This document shows, piece by piece, positions 1 to 8,672 of a DNA stretch of 53,879 nt. The translations under genes were made by a program, and so were the position numbers. The DNA is from Perkinsus olseni (lineage: Eukaryota): contig JABANN010000198.1 in assembly GCA_013115125.1 (NCBI GenBank), forward strand, positions 1 to 53,879. Direction: 5' to 3'. The notes under the pieces are model-generated. The model worked only from the letters and a program-made list of their open reading frames with translations, did no database searches and was not told where the DNA came from. How positions within the stretch are numbered: position 1 is the stretch's first letter; each line of letters opens with the position of its first letter.

Positions 1-739
1 TGTGGCTAACTACACTCTGTACTCTTTTAATATGGCACCTCCGGTTGTGTTGCTTCATGGCAAGGATATGACAAATGAAATCCCGTGGGGGTGCCCAATA
101 ATATTCGGCCGATGGACCTTCACGTCTTTCCGTCGTAATGGCCCTCGCCATAGCGTACTTCGCTACCACCCCTACCTATTGTAAGCCGAGCGTAATTAGT
201 AAATGCCTCCAACAGGGGTTTCTGGTAGCTCTAGGCTATTATGATTATGACAACGTCTCATGAACACGGATTTATAGTAGATCTCTCACCATCACAGTAG
301 TTGAGTTGTGTTGGCGAATTTGGTGCAGTGCACGGAGTCAATGCCGGTATCAGTTCTGATGATATGGAGGGCATTGTTTTGTGCACGGCGGTAGAGGATT
401 ATGCGAGACACATCTTTCGCCTGACACAGTGTGGTAGCGAGAACGGGAGAAAAACGGAACGATTAGGTCCGGAACATCATTGTCGTGGGCAGGCATTCTC
501 CGAAATGGATATACTCAATTATGCCCTCATAATACTGCCGCAGCTCAGCATGGAACTGGGCCTGTTATTTCTGTGCGTTGCTGCGCTTCGTGCTGCCTCC
601 CCTCGTCCAAGCAACAGCGGTCCACCTACCACGATTTTGACTCTACAGGCCGCCCCCATCGTGGGTAAAATATCTTTAATAATTGAAGTTTAATTGCTGA
701 TCCCGTTTTTAAGAGTTATGATAACGCGAGGTTGTCTCT

Positions 740-975
740 GCTGTAAGCTCTCCATCAGCTCTTTCACGTGGACCTTCATCATCCTCAGAGGCACTCCTCG
801 GATAACTCCGTACCTGTTAATGACAAGGAATGCAGAAAATGGACTCGCAAGCAAACTGACATAGTCAAATGCTCCTGCACCGTGAGACCATCGATGAGAG
901 CATCTTGCTGTTGACAGTAGCCTATATTCTTGCGGGCCTGAACACGCTCGAGCTTTCACACGATCGACTAGCGGT
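740..975 (-). pseudogene. Duplicated fragment of the ABCA gene (NBD2 region, two exon pieces plus intron)
   Basis: 740-941 is near-identical to 9743-9944 ([47 protein letters not shown]), including the intervening intron. Similarity fades inside the upstream intron at ~975. Confidence 0.9.
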
Positions 976-1172
976 AAATGATTCACTTCAATGCGAAGGC
1001 TTACCTGCGGTACTAGCTTCGTGATACAATGGGACGGTTGGGCTGCTAGCCATTTGGGTGAGACAGGCTGACGGTAGGGTTCCAAAAGTTAATACTATTA
1101 AACACACCATGAGTGTCGTAAGTAGAGAAGAGTGTCGCGACTTGGCTTTGCAAGCATACCTCGATGGTTGAG

Positions 1173-1194
1173 AAACCAACTTGGTTTAACCAAG
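1173..1194. repeat. 22-bp palindromic scar, S=AAACCAAG
   Basis: AAACCAA CTTGGTTT AACCAAG. The paralogous position in unit B (~5952-5970) lacks the extra 14 nt. Confidence 0.9.
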
Positions 1195-1475
1195 GCGAGA
1201 TAGCGAGATTCTTGGTCCTTGTGGGAGATGACAGTACGAGTTGGCGATTCTCTTAAGGGAATCCCTCCAATGGAGGGCCTCCATCGCCTTGAAGAACCTG
1301 AGATCCCGAACATAGGATGCTTCCCATATACTCTGCGGGGGATTCGGACAACCACATCGGTTTCTGAGTCGGTACGGAAGTTACTCGTATCGTGAACAAA
1401 GTTGCATCGTCACACAAGGCATGTGTCACAAGATGTTATGACTGCGTAAACCAAAGACTGACGCTTGCTCGGACA

Positions 1476-1497
1476 CCCAGTACTACTGGGCCAGTAG
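1476..1497. repeat. 22-bp palindromic scar, S=CCCAGTAG
   Basis: CCCAGTA CTACTGGG CCAGTAG, perfect. Confidence 0.9.
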
Positions 1498-1635
1498 TAA
1501 TGAAGAACGCTCCGAGTATGGCGCTGAGTAGGATCGATAGACGTAGAGATTACAGCTGAAAATTCAAACGGCAATACAGTATTTCCATGATGGTATACAA
1601 ATTGTAGTGAAGATACAATGTAGGCACACAAAAGT

Positions 1636-2664
1636 TCATCTCTTTCTACCTCTTCGCCTTCTATTTTTCTTTTTCTTCTTTTCTCTCTTTTTCTCAGTGT
1701 TCTCGGAATTGAGCGAGGGCCCAGTTGGCATCTCTCCACCCCCAGCGAACGGAGGGGTCGTCAGGGTTTCCTCATCGCTCGAAGGAACATCAACCTCCAT
1801 CAATTCTGGGCTGGTAGCTCTCTCATGCAGTGACTGACCAGCAGTAGTAGTAGCAGCAGTGAAAGTGCCTGTAGCTGTCCATATCGTGGCAGGCATTACA
1901 GCTCTGCCGGCTGTGGCCTCTATAAGGGTCGTGGCTCTCCGCATTGGAAGGGGTGGAGATATCCTAGCCCTCCCTGTCGGAGCGATCGTATCCTTGGCTG
2001 CTGTGAAAGTTGAAAGGGTCGTCTCGCCCCGTGTTGGAACGCTCAGAGGAGTCATAGCCCTTCTTGTCGCATGAGTTACCAGATGAAGGTGTTGCCCTCG
2101 AAGTGTATCTAGCTCGGGAATTCGTTCTGCATTTTCCACCATCAGCACTGGGAACAGCAGGTCGTCACCATGAGTAGAGAGAAATATATACCAGCTCTCA
2201 GCTATCGAGCACAGCTTCAGTTGCCGTGCCCATTGCCGGTGCGAAGCAACAGGAATCGAGAAAACACCATAGGACCTCTCCAATTTTCGTTCCGTGCGCT
2301 CATCCATACCGACTGGCTCGTAGCAATGTTCGACTTCACTTACGCCGTCAGGGCCGAAAGCTGCTAGTACGTCAGAAAGGACAGGAGCAGATTTCCATTT
2401 CACCTCGGCGTTGGCGATCACCTTCAATTTTCCGTAAGAGGTTAAGCCTCTGAATTTGATGTCGCTGATTAGAACGTTTTCATCGGAGCGTGCGGAGGTC
2501 ACGTCCATGGCAATACTCCGAAGGGTGCCGATAGGACGGTTTGGATCCACTCGACCTTCATAGTGACCAGCCTCAACCATCGGAGGGGAAGCACGCAGCA
2601 GATCTATGAGTGTGATTAGAAGGAAAATGATGGGAGTATGACAGGTGTGATGGCCGGCTGCCAT
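1636..2664 (-). CDS. Hypothetical protein, 342 aa: hydrophobic N-terminal stretch, Thr/Ala-rich linker, Lys/Arg-rich C-terminus
   Basis: Uninterrupted ATG-initiated ORF. IIFLLITLIDLLRA near the N-terminus, EKKREKKKKKNRRRRGRKR at the C-terminus. The first 7 codons are homologous to the start at 6606. Confidence 0.6.
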   Translation of the reverse strand: MAAGHHTCHTPIIFLLITLIDLLRASPPMVEAGHYEGRVDPNRPIGTLRSIAMDVTSARSDENVLISDIKFRGLTSYGKLKVIANAEVKWKSAPVLSDVLAAFGPDGVSEVEHCYEPVGMDERTERKLERSYGVFSIPVASHRQWARQLKLCSIAESWYIFLSTHGDDLLFPVLMVENAERIPELDTLRGQHLHLVTHATRRAMTPLSVPTRGETTLSTFTAAKDTIAPTGRARISPPLPMRRATTLIEATAGRAVMPATIWTATGTFTAATTTAGQSLHERATSPELMEVDVPSSDEETLTTPPFAGGGEMPTGPSLNSENTEKKREKKKKKNRRRRGRKR

Positions 2665-2835
2665 TTTTAATAGATACTGAGGTCTATAGTCACTATAGAC
2701 ACTATAGTTATAATGGTGTCGTATAGAGGCACTATACTATAGTATAGTACATATAGTGTCGTGTCGGTTGTGGGAAGGCGTCAAGAGTGTACCACACTAG
2801 TCTGATGGTGGCCTAGAACCGTCACCTCTGTGAGT

Positions 2836-2857
2836 TCTGCTACTAGCAGACTGCTAG
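2836..2857. repeat. 22-bp palindromic scar, S=TCTGCTAG
   Basis: TCTGCTA CTAGCAGA CTGCTAG, perfect. Confidence 0.9.
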
Positions 2858-3004
2858 TTGGTTGGCGGCGTCCCACAAAGCGCGAGGAGTTCAGCCCGTC
2901 CTGGTGAGACGCTTCAACGCACTTTCCAGTTGAAGTCTCCTTTCCTGCATCCTACACGAACGAGACGAGACGAGCGCTCTCAGTTGTGGCGCTCAGAAGA
3001 CGCG

Positions 3005-3026
3005 CCATATAGTATATGGCATATAC
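3005..3026. repeat. 22-bp palindromic scar, S=CCATATAC
   Basis: CCATATA GTATATGG CATATAC, perfect. Absent at the homologous position of unit B (~6878). Confidence 0.9.
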
Positions 3027-3072
3027 ATACATTTTCAAAACGGCCCCATCGATTTTCATATCTTGAGTCGCC

Positions 3073-3276
3073 TAATACTGCTCATANNNNNNNNNNNNNN
3101 NNNNNNNNNNNNNNNNNNNNNNNNNNNNNNNNNNNNNNNNNNNNNNNNNNNNNNNNNNNNNNNNNNNNNNNNNNNNNNNNNNNTTACTACTAATACTGCT
3201 CATACTACTAATACTGCTCATACTACTAATACTGCTCATACTACTAATACTGCTCATACTACTAATACTGCTCATA
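3073..3276. repeat. 18-bp tandem array (TAATACTGCTCATACTAC)n spanning an N gap
   Basis: About 5 perfect units at 3185-3276 and a partial unit at 3073-3086 flank the N run, so the true length is unknown. Confidence 0.95.
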
Positions 3277-3291
3277 GTATGAGCCTCATAC
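3270..3291. repeat. 22-bp palindromic scar, S=GCTCATAC
   Basis: GCTCATA GTATGAGC CTCATAC, perfect, at the edge of the 18-bp array. Confidence 0.9.
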
Positions 3292-4024
3292 TACTGTACG
3301 CCAGTAAGTCTTTTCTCACATAGTCCACATTGGACGTAGTTTCCACACGCGACCGGGCTATAGCTGAGGCCTAGTGCCGGTTTTCGATTTCCCACCTTTA
3401 TACTTCGGAGACCTAGTTCACTCCTATCACTGACAGACTGTCCGGCTGCCTCTGATGGACTTCGTATCGTATGGACTTCGTGCCTTTGTTCCATATCCAA
3501 TTGGAGGACTCCACGTACTCTATAGGAGTTGGATCGGCGGCCTCGGGGACTACGCCCTACGAATGTCTATTTAGGGCGGGGTTGCTCTGGGTTACTTGCT
3601 CCATGCGAGGTTGATTACCACAGCTTACACTGAGCGTTATAACCGCGGTTGTTGTGCTGATGCCCTTGAGCTATATTATGGCAATAATAGGGTATAACGT
3701 AAGGCGTCGTCGAATTACCGATACCATGTCCGAGACCACATCAACGTCCAGCCCCCCGAAACAAGGCGAGAGGAGTGGTACTAAGTCTAGAATATTTGTG
3801 AATGTGTCAATTCTCATCGAAGACTACCAAACAGCGGTACTGGAGGATTTATCAGAGTGTAGCGGGGCCTTCCTCTACGATTTGAGCAACACAGGTTCGC
3901 TGTATCTCAGATGACACAGAATTGGGGGATATGGCGACTGAAGCGGATGGCCAGGAAACTGCTTTGATGCGGATGCAAGCGAAGGGAAGGTAGCAGTACA
4001 CTTGATGGTCGGAAAATTTTTCTC

Positions 4025-4046
4025 ACCAGTATTACTGGTCTAGTAA
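4025..4046. repeat. 22-bp palindromic scar, S=ACCAGTAA (1 mismatch)
   Basis: ACCAGTA TTACTGGT CtAGTAA. Confidence 0.8.
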
Positions 4047-6712
4047 TGACTATCCGACCTGATAGCTGCTGACAGTAGCCTGCTGATAAACAGTACCTGC
4101 GACTACTTGTCTGAAGAGAATCTTGTCCAGGTCGATTATCAGCCTCCCTCCTGTGCAAGGAGCCGTAGAGGCTCTGAGATGCCTCGATAACTGCGATGTC
4201 GAGGTAAACAGTTCGATTTCGTATTTTTATCTGATTCCTTGGCATTGTCTCTCCGACTCTTGACGTTCAAGGTTTGCTTGGTCGGCGTTCTCTCGCAACC
4301 TTATCCTATCTACTCAGCATTCATCTATCTCTGGGTCAAGAAGAATATCGGTAAGTTCGCAGGCGCACTAGTAACACATTGGCAAATGTTCATTCTCACG
4401 AATTGCCCGTTTAAGGTGCGGACTATGCCAGCCGACTGAGCTTGATCAAGGAGAGCAGTTTGCCACTGTTGAAGGGTGTCGCTCTCATAAGCGATACGAA
4501 GGATTCTGGTCAGTGTACAGAAAATAGTCGCTGCGGTAACGGTATCTGCTTCATCACTTCAAGGTCCTCCGGCTCATGGGAATCTTTGTCGGCATTACGG
4601 CAAACATGTTATGCTGACCCCTCGGTGGGCTAAATGACTATAATGCTCGAAGTATCGCTCGGTAGTACTAATCGTGTGTTCTTTCAGCAACTCATCGACA
4701 ATCAACGAGCCAGAGGGATACCGGTTGAACAAATGGTTCACGTCCTCGGAAGAGGCCTTTGACTTCGTACAGCACATCAAGTCAGATTCGAAGGCATGGA
4801 GCTTTGTCTCTACTGGGGATGGCTCGTGAGCGTGCACATTTTGTTCTCACTTGTCGGAATGTTCTTCTATATACACTACGATGCCTCATGGGACCATTTA
4901 TGCCATGAATTTTATGCTCACCATTACAGCACTCAGAATTATATCAGTCTTGTATTATCCGACATACTTTGATAGTACCTCTTGAGTTTGTTGAGTTTAT
5001 TCATATTCACGCTTGATTGTACCGCAGCAGTTCAGTCAGCTTCGTGCTACGAATTTGCCTGAGTTGACGGGTTGACTACGAAGTTCGTAGAAGTATCTCT
5101 CTTTTTGTGACCGATGGTCACGATGCTCATCGACTTCGGCACTGTAGTACATTTGGGCCATTTGATAGCAGCGGCATTCAACAGAAGTACCGAAACGTGC
5201 CGAGCTAGAAACGTGCTGATGATTCTTCCTTGTTCTCTCAGCCCATCCGGAGATAGTTCCTCCCCTTGATGTTATAACAGGCGAGGAGGCGAGACAACAC
5301 GATACCCACTGTAACCAGGTGATTAGCGTCGGTTCAGTCAGGTTGACGCAGAATCAGCCCGTTTCTGTCAAACATACCAAAGCGACATCTGGCAAGGAAT
5401 GCTCGCGACTCCTCCCACACCGGCCGCGCTCTACACTCTGAACGTGCTGAACCAACGGAGGGACATTGACGTGAGCAGAGGGGTTAGATAGGCTGTAAAT
5501 CACCACTAAAGCCATCGGCCGCCGAAGTTCGGCCTGTCCTATTTCGTAACCAAGATTTATCAAGCTCAATTCCTGTGTAGCACAGAGAGCTGCTCGAGTT
5601 CAATCGCGTTCAGCCGTGCTCTTCCAGGTGAGGTTGTTCGTGAGGGAGTTTATCTGCGGCACTAGCTTGTGATACACTGGTATGGTTGGGCTGTTAACCA
5701 TTTGGGTGAGAGAGGATGACGGTGTATCCCATACTGCGGTTTGAATCGGTAGGTCCTCTCGTCAGGGAAATACCCATAGAACTACTGGGACCGGCCGATG
5801 TTTTCGCTGATAGCTTAATGATCAGTTCTGTCATGATTGATGATAAGTTGATATTATTTGATACGGTGTGAGTTCCGTAAGTTGGAGGAAGTGTCGTGAA
5901 GTGCTCTTACAGGTACAATACCTACCTCGATGCTGCGTATAGGCTCTCTCGCTGGTTGCGGAACCCAGACGAGATCTCGAGATTCTTGCTTCTTGCGCGA
6001 GATGAGAGTACTCTGAGCTGGCGGTTCCCTTAAGAGAATGCCTAACATATATGCACATGTTATGTGTAGATGGCACGGCGCAGTACCTGTGTCTGAGGAC
6101 ATTTCAGCTAGACTGGACTTGCGTGACACTAGTTCGATACTCTGATGTGAGCTGTCGCCTGGATCCATCCAGTCCTGTGAACCGAGGCATTCGGGGTGAG
6201 TGTCAGTGGGGCCTCCTCTGCGCATTTAACTCTGCAGATAAATCGAGAACAGGAAAGAAGACGGTATTCCCCTTTAGGCTTCACGTGATGCTTCTCCCCG
6301 ATATGTCACGCTGGCGAAAGTCAATAGAAGGCGAACATCTCGTTGTGCGCTCGAACCCCGCTGGGCTCCTCACGCAGACATCGTGATCCACAACTGTCGG
6401 TGTCAATCACACAGGCGCGTAAGAATACATGCTGCCCGCAGCGGCTACTGGATGCCGTCAACGACGATTGTAAGCTTCTTTCCATCAGCCAGACGGTGCC
6501 CGATTGTTGGCAAGTGACGGAAGGCATGGCAGTTTTTTTTCCGAAATTTAGAGAGGATTTAGAACGAACTTTCGACGATGGATTTTGTGTGACGGTCAGA
6601 TGCCATGTTTAATAGATACTTAGGACTTAAGTATTGGTTGAGGGAAGGATTCGCGAGTGTACAACATTAGCACTAGTCTGAAGGCGGACTGGGACGTCCA
6701 ACTCTGTGAGTC

Positions 6713-6734
6713 CTGCTGAATCAGCAGCGCTGAT
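6713..6734. repeat. 22-bp palindromic scar, S=CTGCTGAT (1 mismatch)
   Basis: CTGCTGA ATCAGCAG cGCTGAT. Confidence 0.8.
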
Positions 6735-7655
6735 TAGCTGACGTAGTGTCCCACAAACCATGAGGAGTTCAGCCCCTCATGGTGAAACGCTTGAACACAC
6801 TTTCTACTTGAAAATTTTTTACCTGCATCCTACACGAACGAGGCGAACGCTCTCAGTTACGGCGCTCAGAAGATGCGCCAAATGGGCGCCGCCGGTATAT
6901 TTTCAAAACGGCGGCACCGATTTTGATATCCTGAGTTGCCGATGATAGGGGTCGCAAGATCCGCTTCACTGATAATCGGTCACTACTAGGCACCCGTTCT
7001 CGCAGAGAGGACCGACGTCAACACGCTTCCCTGGCTCGACTGATGATTTCAACGCTATCTCTGCTGAATCGAGCCACTGCTACCGATCGGCCCAGTACAC
7101 CACATCACCGGAGTCGATCGGAGTGAAACGCATTTCCCACTAAGACACGATACTGCTAGTGAATCACTGAGGTCCGCGTAAATACGATACTGGTTAAAAC
7201 ACAAAAAAGGCAGATCTAATATCAACATACCCGGAAAAAACCAAACTGATATATTTATGAGATGTGTAATAGCCGGAAAGCGCCTTGGGAGGTAGGAACC
7301 CCGTACGATCCTCATACGACGGACAAACCATCATGAGATGCTTCACCGACCTCGTCTACCTAACTACTACCCGAAGCCACATTCCACGGACAATCATAGA
7401 TCATGCATGCATCAGTGTTGACTAGCGAGATTCTCACGACAAAGTTGCCGATGGTAATACACACCCGCGTGACCCACGTGGCTCATGTGACGTTAGCGAA
7501 TGAGTAAGTGGTACGCTTCCAACTTTAGATCGCGAGACTCGTCAAATGTAATATTAGATACGTTCAACTACTCGACACTGTCGACTTATATAAACATGAA
7601 CATCACAACTAACATGGCGATCACAACTAACACGGTAATCACAGACTAAGGCTTC

Positions 7656-8341
7656 CTACTCCTTTGGTTTCTCTGCTTCTGCAGCCTCCTTCGCCTTGCG
7701 AAATCTCTCGAAGAATTCGGTCCTCTTGTCATCAATGAACTTCTTAAGCCAATCTCTTCCGGCATCTTCGTATCCATCAGGGGGATTGCTGTCGATTGAA
7801 TTCATTAGCTCTTCGCAGTCTTCTTTTTTGAGCGGAGCATTGTATTTGTTTAGAATTTCTTTCACCAAATGAGCATAGGGATTTAGTCCAGCAAAAAGCC
7901 GATTTATCTCATCAGCTCGGCCGAGGGGCATCGCGGTCTCATTCCCCCGTTTCACCCAGAACCCTCCCTTCGCTCCAGTTTTGTCGTACCTGGGAGCAGT
8001 AGCACGACCAACCACAGCGTATGGCAGCAAGTGGGCAGCATCCAAACTACCAGAAACTGAATACATCCTCTTCTTTGGCCGTGTACCACTGGAAGAAAAG
8101 GTTAGTGCTCTCCAGACCCACTCTCAAGAAAGAACCCGACAAAGAGTACAGCGACACGCAGTTCTTATCCCTGGGATCGAAAGACACCTGAAGACATACG
8201 GAGTGGATTGGACCGAGCGATTGCGGGTAAGCTTAGGAGATGCACCCATTCATCTACCATAGACTGTGGGGCAGCAGCCCGCAGGGCCGTGGTAACCGTG
8301 ACCAGAGCCGGCAGTATGGCCAAGGTGAAGTAGCCGAGCAT
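7656..8341 (-). CDS. Hypothetical secreted protein, 3 exons (8341-8258, ~8187-8051, ~7989-7656)
   Basis: Signal-peptide-like MLGYFTLAILPALVTVTTALRA. GT-AG joins keep frame (QSM|VSFDPRD...FSFW|YDKTGAKGG...EKPKE*). Confidence 0.7.
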
Positions 8342-8672
8342 TGCACTGGAAGGGGGAAATGTTCAACACGTTTACAAATTCCTTTTCGAGCAGTAGATTC
8401 CGCCAGCCACAGCGATCGATTCCGCCATCGCTGCCCCTCAGGGCTTCTAGCCGTCAGATTACCGCGACTCTGCGGGGACTGTGGAACCAAACACTGGTAT
8501 TGAGACAAAGACAAATCCGCTCACAAATGCACATAAGAATGCCCTCCGCCTGTAACCGCGGAGATGCAAGGAATTAACAACTGTATATATGGTACCAATA
8601 TTAGAGGAACAAGAAACATTGCGTGAAAGATTGCGCAGTAACACAACAAGGAACAGCACTGTTAGTAAATCG

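Larger units (their letters stand above)
985..3072 (-). mobile_element. Decayed unit A: conserved 5' module + 342-aa ORF + degenerate RecQ-helicase-like remnants
   Basis: 2645-3072 aligns to 6587-6940, ~1150-1265 to ~5920-6035, and 1004-1078 to 5655-5724. Remnant peptides ..TG..K..SLVY, WRPS and LTQM...PLYH weakly recall RecQ motif I, the aromatic loop and the YHAG motif. Mobility is inferred, not shown. Confidence 0.4.
3277..6940 (-). pseudogene. Decayed unit B: conserved 5' module + stop-riddled RecQ-helicase-like remnants
   Basis: ATG at 6606 matches 2664. Fragments THPECL, LTQM..PVYH, AALCAT..NLGYEIGQAELRR, VNVPPLVQHVQSVERGR and ECRCYQMAQMYY occur in RecQ order (TPE, YHAG, CAT-AFGMGIDK, motif VI, Zn/RQC) among many stops and frameshifts. 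Confidence 0.45.

Noticed and set aside
301-693. ORF with faint NEK-kinase-like text (VLCTAVEDYA...RGQAFSEMDILNY)
   Set aside because: No catalytic kinase motifs, and too weak to call without a search.
2800-2910. Apparent covarying RNA hairpin or ribozyme in the shared 5' module (also 6670-6790)
   Set aside because: The covariation is explained by two independent 22-bp scars, and I could not fit a hammerhead or HDV core.
3073-3276. CRISPR array or telomere; TTNTAH / SSISSM repeat ORFs
   Set aside because: No spacers, eukaryotic context and not a telomeric motif. The ORFs are just translations of the repeat.
3275-3340. C2H2-like CGLCEKRLTGVQ*YEAH on the minus strand
   Set aside because: It contains a stop, and the His codon comes from the inserted scar sequence.
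5076-5090. Half scars CTACGAA-GTTCGTAG (also near 34613 and 7571)
   Set aside because: They lack the third arm, and short palindromes like these can arise by chance.
7602-7650. Degenerate 18-bp triplet ATCACAACTAAC.. in a 3' UTR; 13-bp duplication at 39909-39934
   Set aside because: Ordinary slippage duplications with no further structure.
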